A stretch of 64,000 bases of DNA from NCBI GenBank assembly GCA_025786725.1, contig JAHLTZ010000005.1, positions 496,001-560,000 on the forward strand, in the 5' to 3' direction. Under the pieces are notes generated by a model that was given only the letters and a program-made list of their open reading frames with translations, ran no database searches and was not told where the DNA came from. The stretch is from Syncephalis fuscata S228 (taxonomy: Eukaryota > Fungi > Zoopagomycota). Position numbers and translations under genes: made by a program. This document shows, one piece after another, positions 26,330 to 39,139 of the stretch (positions are counted from its first letter, which is position 1; every line of letters starts with the position of its first letter).

Positions 26330-27936
26330 TTATTGATTATTTGATCGATTTCGTCTTGAACAGAAAATATCCAAACATGATACATCCGAATATGATGCAT
26401 CAATCAATTCATTATTGATCTTATCAAGGTTGGTAAGTATACGGCCGTGTAATTGCTTCCGTAGAATATATTCCTCGGGTGTAGGTTGCAATCGAAAATC
26501 GATATATAGCAACATGTTAAGCATATTCATAAATATCAAGTAGTCAGCCTTGTTGTATTCATACTCGTACAATCCTACGGGCCACAGTCGCTGTCTAAAG
26601 AACACATTAAATGCAAGCCGTGTATCGGGGTCATTGGCAGTTTGTCGTAGTGGTGTTGTTGCCAGCACGACTAGCAATTCCTGTGCCGTCATTTCGATGT
26701 GAGGACGATTGTATTTACGTAAACAATTGGGAAATTGTGATCCCTGCGAGTTATGAGGCACGGTTTCTAGTAGCACGGCAGTAACGAGTTCATGATCACC
26801 ACTAAAATGCCTAGGAAATATCTGGAATCCAATCTTATTGAAAAGCACTTGTTTCAATTGCTCCATCGGCGCATGAGCTAACTGTGTGCTCTGATAATAG
26901 GTCGTAGTTTGTCTAGCGTTGGAAGTTCTTCAAATGGCACCTCAATCGGTGCATAGGACAGTGTTACAAATGTTAGCCATAAAGCATAGCACCAATGCTC
27001 CACATATCCATTTTACGTAAATCTATATTTTGATTAGCCACCGAATCAGGTAGATCAAGCAAATATGGCTTTGATGGTGATGGTGTAAGCTTTAACCGAT
27101 TGTTTTCATCGTTACTTAAAGGCATTGCTGCTGAAAAACCATGAATCAATACAGCATATTGTTTTTTGTTTTTGTTAATGCAGATAGCTATGCTTAAATG
27201 TTAGTATACTAGCTAGTATAGTGCTGAAACAGTACCTTCAGGTGCAAGTTGAGTGTGTACCCAGTAGCGCTTATGTAAATAAATGATACCTATGCAGTTC
27301 AGTTATTAGTATTACGTTAGATATTACGCTTTATGTTTAGTATGTACCTTGCATGATATTTTCAAATAGTTTTGGAAGTACACGGATTTTCTCTAGACCT
27401 GACATGGTTTCAGTGAATTTGTACAAATCTTGATCACATCTCGATGATAATGCGTAACAGTATTTGTTTTGCCATTTAAAACTAGTTAATGGTAGAGCCA
27501 AGTAATTTCTGTTAATTGGAAAATTAAATTCATTAGCGTCTTCAGTTGCCAGAATAGCCTATGATTTATACATTAAATATTATTAACTACTACAGCAATT
27601 ATCCCATAGAGTCATACCTTATACAAAGCAAACTCGTTGCTGGATTGACCCAAGGACCAACACTTGACGTTTACTGGGGATTTCTTATACGTTCCAGGAA
27701 CGTAATAAATATTATCTACATATATTGGTTTACCAGTAAGCATAATACCATGCTTAATAAATTCTACAAGCAAGTAAGAAAAGGCACAAATTACATGTTC
27801 GCTACTAACCCGACGACGGTATGCTATCAGGCTCTGCTTGCATAGGTGATATGCTCAACCAACAAACGCATATCAAAATAATAAATAAAGCGTGAAAGTT
27901 GCTTCGAAGTAAATTAGTAGTAGTAGTAGTAGCCAT
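26330..27936 (-). CDS. Signal-peptide-bearing protein-kinase-like protein (predicted pseudokinase), multi-exon
   Basis: Hydrophobic leader HALFIILICVCWLSISPMQA; CDQDLYKF (subdomain V); NIMQGIIYLHKRYWVHTQLAPEAI (VIa/VIb); VLIHGFSAA (VII); KMDMWSIGAMLY (IX); NMLLYIDFRLQPTPEE (XI). Several frameshifts in this assembly. Confidence 0.78.
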
Positions 27937-29367
27937 TAAGATAAAAAATTGAAGCATCAAATGCAAACAAACAAAAAAGCATGGCACTAGTTGTAAGTTA
28001 TTATAGCTTTATTGGGCTGACATTTGCACGTTTTATTATTTAAATAAAAAAGATGGCGTTCACAAAAATACTACAGGTTTATAAATATATTTAAATTAAA
28101 ACAGCGACGCACGTGAATAGTTTACCCATATGGTTATCAATGCCACCATTGATTGTTTGTGTTCCGTAGTATTAAAATATTAAAACTAACAAGACTGTCA
28201 ATAGTTGTCGCCGTGTGATTATTGCCATTGGATATGCTGTATTAAAAATTATCATATAATTATTATCGTCACAACACTTTTAAATCTTATAACAGAATTT
28301 CTGCAACAGGCTATGGAGTAAGTTAGCGCCCAGTTATGGCATATAAATGTATACCCACGTGCACAATAAAACGCTCAACAAGCAGATAAACAGGATAGCA
28401 AACCATATAGAAATGGCAGACACGTGGTAATATGCAAACAAGTTTATTTACTACTAGATTTTATATAGACATTACAATATGTGCAAGTAGTTGTTTTAAA
28501 TATTAATAGGATAGAACGAAGTTTATAATGAGTAGATTGTGTGATATACTAATATTCATTAAGAAAAGCAGCTTACAGCCAATAAATCTATTGAAACTAA
28601 AGGTTTTATAGATGGATTGTAGTGGTTAGAACGTGAATAGTATAAATCCAAATGAACAGCTAAATGGCGCGTATCTATAGTAACGGTAACGGTTTTGTGT
28701 GAGTGTATGGCTAAACTAGCTGAATTGAAATCTACAAAATATAACTAAAGATCAGAAGGTGACTTTTATTAATAAAATATAGTTGATAGAACATAGAATG
28801 ATATAGAATATAATTAACAATAAAAATACACATAAACAATAGTGAGAAACCTATGGTGTATGTGATGAAGTGAACGCAATGACCACACTAAGGCAAAATC
28901 GTAAGAAATATAGCTAAACCGATAGCTTTTGTTAATAAAACATGTTCAATATGCTATAAAAAATTTATAATAGTAAAAGTATATAATGGAAATGATATAG
29001 GTGTATATAGGATATAAGTATGCAAGATAATAAATTTATGATAATGAGCATTTTGATGACTAATATCATTTACAATCCATTCCAAGTTCAAGAAAACCAG
29101 TGTCTAGCCTAAATTTAACCAGGCCGTGCTGTCTTTGTTATAAACCTATTGCGTATGCTTACATCAAAATTCGACCAGTTTGTCCAAAATGCTTTATAGA
29201 TATGCACGTATTTAAAAACCTGTTTTTATATCAATCACGCGGTATGTTGTTTTCCGGCAACTTATCCTTTGTAGTTGCTCTCAGCATCCTTGTATTTCTT
29301 ACTTTACTAGTCTATATTCATACTATACATAATCACCTGATTAAGATAGTTGTTACATATCAATAAT

Positions 29368-30346
29368 ATGACACAAGACAGTTTGTCTGGAGATTTAGGT
29401 GGTGTTGATTTTGTATGGGGAGCGCGTAATGAAACAGCCTCGCTACGACGACGCTACCTGGCAATAAATTGCCAAATATTATTTGCTATGCTGATGGCAA
29501 TTATATTTCTACGAAATACTTATCGCGCTGTATATGTAATAGCCACCTATCCTCGTAAAATTGCGCCACTGTGTTGCTTATCGACAAATCTATTTGGCGC
29601 ATTCTCGGCGATAATTATTGCTATTCCATCTGTTGCATTAAATGTCTTCTCTTGTTATACATTATGCTGGACTTTAGCAATTGGACTGATGGTTTCAGCA
29701 GCATCCGTAAATACCATACTATTTGAACGTGCTTATCTGGCGTGTAATCGCTTGAAGTGGTTTTTAGTATTAAGTATTATAATGATTAGCGTTCCTGGTC
29801 CTGCATACATTATTATTATACAACACTCAGCAGATCCAAAATATAATGAAATACATGGGTGCTATCTTAACTATCGCTCATATTTTCCATATATTCGGCT
29901 ATCCCTCGACCTTCCACCTAATATTGCATTTTCTGCAGTGTTTCTTATGGTGATCTATCGTCAGTATAAGCGATACAAAGAAGCATGTTGGAAAAAACTG
30001 GTAAAAGATGGCGTGATTACAATGCTATTGATAATCGCATCAAATATAGCATGCTTTATCATCAATACAACTAATATACTTAAAGAAACTGGCGATTTAA
30101 TGTATGTTGCTGATTGGTAAGTAAAAATGAAATGCTTTATAGGTGAAGTACTAAACGGAACAATATAGGGTATTGACAGCTACATTACTTGTAGACAATA
30201 TATACAAGCTACACATAACATCGCAATCAGATGAAAGCAACGAGTCCAATAAGAACCCGGATAAAACAACTGCTTTATCGATTAAAGATCAAACAACTAC
30301 TCGCAACAGATTTGGTTTAACTGGAATGGCTACAACTTACATATAA
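29368..30346 (+). CDS. Orphan GPCR-like 7TM protein, tandem copy 1
   Basis: About seven hydrophobic segments; Cys at the top of TM3 (FSCY); FERAY at the end of TM3; Cys in the second extracellular loop (HGCY); intron inside the DW codon of TM7. Confidence 0.8.
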
Positions 30347-31294
30347 GGATAATTTGTTGCGTCTTTGTCAATATAATTAATTAAATTATGATAAATGTAC
30401 TAACGAACATGTAATAAAATACGTTACATGTTCACATGCAAGCAAGTAAACAAAAACGCTAAACATTTTATTTTACTATTAGACCGATGAACAATACTCC
30501 TATAGTGTTAAGCTTAAGCTCAGGAAAGAGCTACTAAACGCCAAGCAACTCTTGATTACTTTGTGCTAATCATAAATGCTTGTGGTCTCGACTCATTAAG
30601 AAGATGATACTATACAATAGAATTAGGTTACAATGAAGATACGAATAGCAGTATGAAACTACTATGCAAATAAATTAATAAATGAAGAAAGCTATAATTA
30701 GTACAGTTAGTGACAAACAGACATATATGTTTTTTAACAAAAGTGATCATTATGTAATAAGGTGATTTATAAAAGTTTAAGTATACAGTGCTAATGATAT
30801 AAATAAATGATACACATACATACTAGAATCCATAATAATAATAAATTTATGTTAATGGCAATTTAATAATGGGCGGTACTCACTACCCAGCTTTATGCTT
30901 AATAGAACGAATGTTAGCTCAATGAAATAAAATATCATAAAATACTCATTTGGTCCAAAAATCATGTGATTTGATGATATGGTCATTGATGTAACCTGTC
31001 ACTTAATACCTTGTTCAATAGGACCAGTGTCTAGACCAATACAGACAAGCCAGTGACTGCTTTTTGCTACAAATTCAATATAGCCACCTTAAACCAAAGT
31101 CTAGCCATTAGGCCTGGAATGTTTCTATTTTTAAAAATAGTCATGCGTTTAGACCTGCTTACATGTCAATCATACATGATGCTTTTTTTACCTATTTATA
31201 CGTCGTGCCCATTTTTGTATTATTGTTCTTTTTTGTTAGTTTATATCCATAATCCATAATTGTTCGGTTAAAAATATTGTTACATATCAATAAT

Positions 31295-32280
31295 ATGACA
31301 CAAGACAGTTTGACTGGAGATTTAGGTGGTGTTGATTTTGTATGGGGAGCGCGTAATGAAACAGCCTCGCTACGACGACGCTACCTGGCAATAAATTGCC
31401 AAATATTATTTGCTATGCTGGTGGCAGTTATATTTCTACGAAATACTTATCGCGCTGTATATGTAATAGCCACCTATTCTTGTAAAATTGCGCCACTGTG
31501 TTGCTTATCGACAAATCTATTTGGCGCATTCTCGGCGATAATTATTGCTATTCCATCTGTTGCATTAAATGTCTTTTCTTGCTATACATTATGCTGGACT
31601 TTAGCAATTGGACTGATGGTTTCAGCAGCATCCGTAAATACCATACTATTTGAACGTGCTTATCTGGCGTGTAATCGCTTGAAGTGGTTTTTAGTATTAA
31701 GTATTATAATGATTAGCGTTCCTGGTCCCGCATACATTATTATTACGCAACACTTAGCAGATCCAAAATATAATGAAATACATGGGTGCTATTTTAACTA
31801 TCCATTGTATCTTCCATATATTCGGCTATTTCTCGACCTTCCACCTAATATTGCATTTTCTGCAGTGTTTCTTATGGTGATCTATCGTCAGTATAAGCGA
31901 TACAAAGAAGCATGTTGGAAAAAACTGGTAAAAGATGGCGTGATTACAATGCTATTGATAATCGCATCAAATATAGCATGCTTTATCATCAATACAACTA
32001 ATATACTTAAAGAAACTGGTGATTTAATGTATGTTGCTGATTGGTAAGTAAAAAATGAAATGCTTTATAGGTGAAGTACTAAACGGAAGAATATAGGGTA
32101 TTGACAGCTACATTACTTGTGGACAATATATACAAGCTACACATGCCACCGCAGTCAGATAAAACTACAGAGCCTCATAAAGCTTCGGTTAAAATGACCA
32201 TTTTATCGATTGAAGATCAAACAACTACTCACAACAGATTCGGCATAACTGGAATAAGCACAACTTACATATATGGATAA
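31295..32280 (+). CDS. Orphan GPCR-like 7TM protein, tandem copy 2
   Basis: Exon 1 differs from copy 1 at 12 of 250 residues; same intron position. Confidence 0.8.
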
Positions 32281-33120
32281 TCTATTGCGTCTTTGTTTAT
32301 TGATGCAATTAATTAAATTATAATAAATGTATTAATAATCATTTAGTAAAATACATAAAGTTTTTAACATAAAAGATGACAAAAACTACATATCACATTT
32401 TTATTTTATTATTAGATTAATGAAAAGTATTTTATAATGCTAAACTCAAGCTCAGAAGACAAGCTCCTAGTCACTAAGCAACTATTAGGTATTTCACACC
32501 AATTACAAATGCTCATGGTTTTAATCCATCAATAAGTTAATGCTATATATTAAAGTGAATATACAATAAGAAAAACACAAACAACGATATGGAATTATTA
32601 TGTGCATAAATTAATAAAATTAAATTACTAATGATATAACTAGCGACAAATAAATACTAGTTTTTAATAAAACATGTATAATAATATCAGTATCCAATAG
32701 AAATACAGTGGATGGATAGAGAAGGTTAACTAAATAAGCCAATGGCATTATTATTAAATTGGATCGTGTGAACGTATCAATGCTGAATGCAGCCAATTGC
32801 AGTATGGTACATACAATAGCAATATAATGCAATACAAGTGACTAAATAGCGCGTTAAATATATATAGCTACTACAAGGAGACTAATCATTAAGCAGTTTT
32901 GTGTCTAAGCTGGGTTTAACCACTAAGCTTGCAGCGTTTTGATTTATCCTGTATGATATGCATGAACTTAAACCCGTTTATATACCAATCACGCGTCATG
33001 TTGCTTCCATCAATCTATCCTTGCACCCACTTTCAACAGGCATATAACGCCTTTCTTCTGGTAGTCTATATTAATATTATACATAGTTGTTTACTCAAAG
33101 ATAATTCACATACTAATAAC

Positions 33121-34107
33121 ATGATGGAAAATGACTTGTCAGGGGACTTGGACAGCATAGAATTTTTACAGAGGGCAAGCAATGAAACGGCTTTGTTACG
33201 ACGGGTCTATCTTGTAATTAATCAACAAATATTATTTGGTGTAATAATGGTGTCTATTTTACTGCGAAATGCATGTCGCGCTGGATACGTGGTGTTTGCT
33301 TATCCTTGTAAGCTTGCGCCATGGTGCTGCTTAGCTATGAATCTAGTTGGCGCACTGCTGCTTGTATTTATTGCCTTTCCCTCCATGGCACTAGGTTTCT
33401 TTTCTTGCTATGGGCTAGTTTGGGCTATAGTAGCCGGAGTAACATTTTCATTAACACTCACAAATATTGTACTATTTGAGCGTGCCTACCTTGCATATAA
33501 TCGCTCAAAATGGTTTTTGGTTCTAGGCATTATATTGATTAGCGTCCCTGGCCCTGCATACATTATTATTGTATTAAATGCAGCAACACCAAGCTACAGT
33601 AAAACTCATGGGTGCTATATTCAATACAAACCATATCTTCCATACGTCCGACTAGCACTTGATCTTCCATCAAGTCTCATATTTTCTGTAATATTTCTTA
33701 TGGTGATCTATCGTCAGTATAAACGATATAAGGAGGCTTGTTGGAAAAAACTGGCAAAGGCTGGCGTGATTACAATGCTATTGGTAGTTGCATCGAATAT
33801 GTTATGTTTCATTGTCAATGCAATCGAGGTGCTTAAAGAGGTAGGCAATGTAATTTATGTTTTTGACTGGTAAGTCGAAGATAAAATGCTTTATACGTGT
33901 AAAACACTAAATTAAAAACATAGGGTATTAACAGCGACATTAATTGTAAATAATATATACAATTTACATATGCTGCCGCAATCAGATAAAAGCAATAGGT
34001 CTTATAAATACTCGGATAAAACAGCTATTTTATCGATTGAGGATCAAATAACTACTTGCAATCGATTTGGCATAACTGGAATAACTACAACTTATATGTT
34101 CGAGTGA
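33121..34107 (+). CDS. Orphan GPCR-like 7TM protein, tandem copy 3
   Basis: MMENDLSGDL start; same motifs and intron; looks the most diverged of the five. Confidence 0.8.
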
Positions 34108-34696
34108 TTTAATACAACAGATGCTAATTAAATATACTAATTCTATGATTAAAAGCTTTCAATATTATATAATTAATATTAACATTGTCTTATTAATACT
34201 AAAAATATGATAGTGCATGGCTTGAGTAAACTATCAGTTCAAAAATTCAATGATTCTCAGAGGTTATACAATACAAAAGTATAGGCTTTAATAGTTATAG
34301 AATATAAAATAATACTCAACACGTAAATTAGACATAAAATTTTTAGTTGGCTATCTTTATGGTACAAATTTATTTTAAATTGCCTGTTCAACTATATTAA
34401 AAACACTCAGTTTGGGCTGTAATTAATACTATGACTCTCGCTCAAGTCATAAATTTAAAGATGCTTAATCTATGCATTTAAGCCAAGTTTTGACCACTAG
34501 ACTTGCAGCATTCTGATTTATCTCGTAGAATATGCATGCACCTAAACCTGTTTGCATTTTAATCACGCGGTGTGCTATTCTCTATCAGTTTATCCTTTGT
34601 AGCCACTTCCAATGCTCCTCTATACGTTCATTTTAATAGTTCATATTCATAGTATACATAGTTTTTTATTTAAAAAGATTTTTTATTTATGACAAC

Positions 34697-35679
34697 ATGA
34701 TGCAAGATGATTTATAGGAGACTTGGGAAGTATTGACTTTGTATGGAAAGCACGCAATGAAACAGCTTCGCTAAGACAGCGCTATTTGGCAGTCAACTAC
34801 CAATTATTATTTGGTGTAATAGTAGCAGCCATTTTCTTAAGAAATACTTATGGGCTGTATACGTAGTAACTACTTATTCTCGTAAACTCGCTCCATGGTG
34901 CTGCTTAGCTATAAATTTATCTGGCGTACTGCTGGCGGTATTTATTAGTCTTCCATCCATTGCATTAGGAATCACATCTTGCCATACGTTAGCTTGGATT
35001 ATAGTAGTCGGAGTGGCAATTTCATCAATAATTGTAAATGTTGTACTATTTGAACGTGCCTATCTTGCATTTAATCGTCCAATTTGGTTTTTGGTACTAG
35101 GTATTCTACTGATCGGCAGCTCTGGCCTGACATACATAACTGTTATATGCTACTCAGCAAATCCTAGATATATTGAAGCATACGGATGTTATCTTAAATA
35201 TCCATTGTATCTTCCATATGTTCGACTATTTCTCGACCTTCCACCTAATATTGCATTTTCTGCAGTATTTCTTATGGTGATCTATCGTCAGTATAAGCGA
35301 TACAAAGAAGCATGTTGGAAAAAACTGGTAAAAGATGGCGTGATTACAATGCTATTGGTAGTTGCATCGAATATTGTATGTTTCATTGTAGGCGCCACCA
35401 GAATGCTCGAAGAGGGTAGTGATTTAATGTATATTGTTGATTGGTAAGTAGAAATTGAAACGCTACATGTGTAAAGTACTAAATTGAAAATACAGGGTGA
35501 TAACGGCTACATTGCTTGTGGAAAATATACACAAGCTGCATATGTCATCGCAGTCAGATAGAAATACAACTTTTAATAAGAACCCGGATAAAGCAGCTGT
35601 TTTATCGATTGAAGGCCAAACAACTACTCGCAACAGATTCGGCTTAACTGGAATAAGCACAACTTATATATATGGATAA
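34697..35679 (+). CDS. Orphan GPCR-like 7TM protein, tandem copy 4 (two apparent small deletions: assembly error or young pseudogene)
   Basis: MMQDDL, then frame breaks near 34715 and 34851 relative to the paralogs; the remainder is intact (ORFs 35013-35447 and 35497-35679). Confidence 0.65.
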
Positions 35680-36331
35680 TTTGTTGCGTATTTGTCAATA
35701 CAATTAATTAAATTATGATAGATATATTAGTAACCATTTAGTAAACTATGTAACTAGTACAGTTAGCGACAAATAGCAACAATTTTAGTAGATATAATCA
35801 TTATATAATAAGGCAAATTATGAAAGTATAAGTGTATAGTGTTAATAGCACAAATGAATCAATGATATACATGCACCAGATAATTATAATGATAATAAAC
35901 TTATATTGATGCTAATTTAATGATTGATGCCACTCACCGCCTGATTCCATGCCTAATAGAGCAAACATCAGTTCAATTGTGTAAATATTATCTGATAGAG
36001 TCAGTCGACTTTTAAACCCACTATAATTTAAACTTTGTTTAATAAAACCGGCGTCTAGCTTAAGTATAGTCAAATTCATGTTTGCATTTTACCATAAATT
36101 CAACACCCCCACTCTACACAAGGTCTGGCCATTGTATTTGAAGTGCCTCTACTTATTTGGAAATGCACTTGCATTTCAAACCTGTTTGCATATCAATCAC
36201 GCAGCATGCTATCTCTTATCGACCTATTCTTTGCATCCACTTTCAATGGCCTTATAACACTTTTCTCCTATTAATATATATTCATATTATACGTAATTTT
36301 CTAACACAAGCTATTTTTATATATTAACAAC

Positions 36332-37316
36332 ATGATGGAAAATGGCTTGTCAGGGGACTTGGGCAGTATAGACTTTATATGGGAGGCACGCAATGAAACG
36401 GCTTCATTACGACGGCGCTATCTAGCAATTAATCAACAAATATTATTTTGTGTAATAATGATAGCCATTTTACTACGAAATACTTATCGTGCTGGATATG
36501 TAGTGTTTGTTTATTCCCGTAAACTCGCACCGTGGTGTTGTTTAGTCACAAATTTAGTTGGCGCATTATTATTTTTATTTATTAGCCTTCCATCTACTGC
36601 ATTGGGCATTTTATCTTGCTATACATTAGCTTGGGCTTTAATAACCGGAGTGGTAGTTTCATCAGCCGTTGTAAACATTGTACTATTTGAACGTGCCTAC
36701 CTTGCATGTAATCGTCCAATTTGGTTCTTAGTACTAGGCATTATACTGGTCAGTATCCCTGGCCCCGCATACATGGTCACTATATGGTACTCATCAACCA
36801 CCCAATATAGCAAAGCACACGGGTGCTATCTTAAATATCCATCGTATCTTCCATATGTTCGACTATTTCTCGACCTTCCACTTAATATTATATTTTCTGT
36901 AGTATTTCTTATGGTGATCTATCGTCAGTATAAACGATATAAGGAGGCTTGTTGGAAAAAGCTGGCAAAGAATGGCGTGATTACAATGCTATTGGTAGTT
37001 GCATCGAATATTGTATGTTTCATTGTAGGCGCCACCAGAATGCTCGAAGAGGGTAGTGATTTAATGTATATTGTTGATTGGTAAGTAGAAATTGAAACGC
37101 TACATGTGTAAAGTACTAAATTGAAAATACAGGGTGATAACGGCTACATTGCTTGTGGAAAATATACACAAGCTGCATATGGCATCGCAGTCAGATAGAA
37201 ATACAACTTTTAATAAGAACCCGGATAAAACAGCTGTTTTATCGATTGAAGGCCAAACAACTACTCGCAACAAATTCGGCTTAACTGGAATAAGCACAAC
37301 TTATATATATGGATAA
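36332..37316 (+). CDS. Orphan GPCR-like 7TM protein, tandem copy 5
   Basis: ORFs 36332-37084 and 37134-37316 joined by the conserved intron. Confidence 0.8.
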
Positions 37317-37958
37317 TTTGTTGCATTTTTGTCAATACAATTAATTAAATTATGATAAATGTACTAATAAACATGTAATAAAATATGTTACATGTTCACA
37401 TGCAAGCAAGTATACAAAAACACTATAAACATTGTATTTTATTACCAGAATAATGAGTAAAATAAAATTTAAAATTAGCACATTTAACGTCAAATAAATT
37501 ACGCTGTTAATAGAAGTGATTATTATATGATGAAATAATATATAGCAGTATAAGTATACAATATATATATATATATATATTAGTACATCACTATAAGATG
37601 ATGTCATTATGGTAAATAGAATATACCGTATAAGTATAATGACATTATTGTAAATAAACCGTTATTCCAAAGCCTCGAGCTTTTGAAAGTTGCGCAATAC
37701 ATATTTACACGTCCAGCATGGTTCATCATAGCCACGCGTTATTAATGTTTAAAGCACGGCATTAACCAGCTAATACTATAGCATCCAGAAGGGAATGTTA
37801 CACCTATAATAGTTCTATACCATTGGATACATCATACCATAAATTATTATCCAATCATTATACTGCTAAAAATGGCACCACTACCAATTGATTAGCTTCA
37901 CTTGCTTTACTTTGTTCAGAAATATTTCACTGTTATTTTATCCCTGTCTTGCGTCATT

Positions 37959-39024
37959 ATGTCAATAACTGAAGAAACCAATTTGACCCACGAAGGAGAA
38001 GGAGAAGTATATCTGGTGACGGGAGGAGAAGGATTACTTGGTCGTCATTTGGTCGAAGCACTTATAAACATAGGAAGGCGGCGCAAATACGTGTATTTGC
38101 TCGTAAACAGACCTATAAAAGTGACCCATCCAACGTTAGCTATGCAATTGGCGACCTAAATGATAAGCAAAGCTTATTAGAGGCATGCCAAAATGTCACT
38201 ACCATATTCCACATAGCTTCTCTGCTTTCTTCAAACCTCGATATGGTATGGCGTGTTAATGTTGACGGTACGCGCGACTTGTTGGAAGCGGCCAAGCAGT
38301 GTAAAGTACGCCGATTTATCTTTGTTGGATCGATCACTGCCGTGCTGAATCGTACGCCATTGGTTGATGCTGACGAAACAGCGCCGTATACTGTCGATCC
38401 ACCAGACAAGTATATGGCAGCCAAAGCGGAGGCTGAACAGCTTGTCATGGCATGGGGCAAGGAAAACGATATTCCTGTGTGTACAATACGGCCTTCATTG
38501 ATATTTGGTCCCGGCGATCGACATCTGGCACCGGTGCTTGTACCATTGCTTAAATCCGTATTTGGCCACTTTAAGCTAGGCGATGGATGTGTAACTAATG
38601 TTGTATACGTTGAAAATGCTGCACATGCACTACTACTTGCAGAAGAACGTCTTCAGCCTGGCTCCAATGTGTGCAACGAAGTATTTAACATCCACGATGG
38701 GTACAGCATTAATCTTTACGATCTGGCACGGGATATTGGCCATACACTTGGACTGCCCAATGCTGATAACTTGTTAAAATGGCGTACTCCAACCTTCCCT
38801 GTATTAATGACAGCCTATGCACTTGACTGGACAAGTTCGTTAATACGACCTCTTGTCGACTGGACGCCCCCTCTACGAGTGCGAGATATATTGGTGTTAG
38901 AACTATCACATACCTTTTCCATAAAAAGGCACAGCGACTTCTTGATTATAAGCCACTGATCGATCGATCTGAGGCTCTTTTGCGAACCAAACCTTGGTTG
39001 CAAAAACTTTATGATGAAGCTTAA
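37959..39024 (+). CDS. 3-beta-hydroxysteroid dehydrogenase / ERG26-like extended SDR, intronless
   Basis: YLVTGGEGLLG (NAD binding), FHIAS, VNVDGT, YMAAKAEAE (YxxxK), IRPSLIFGPGD, YVENAAHA. Frameshifts near 38075 and 38930-38945. Confidence 0.85.
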
Positions 39025-39139
39025 TAATTTTATTTAATAATAATAATAAACTATTTTAATAAATTTATAACGTCCAGCTTTTGCCTTCTTTCTTCTTTTT
39101 CCTCAGTGCACTTGTGTTGCACTGGTTTGTCTGTAGACG

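Noticed and set aside
29100-37600. Repeated units as a CRISPR array or a retrotransposon/LTR cluster
   Set aside because: The units are 1.6-1.9 kb protein-coding gene duplicates with introns; there is no short repeat-spacer structure and no RT or integrase motif.
37959-39024. Assigning the symbol ERG26
   Set aside because: Clearly the 3-beta-HSD family, but motifs are diverged (GSITAV, YMAAK), and orthology cannot be shown without a tree.
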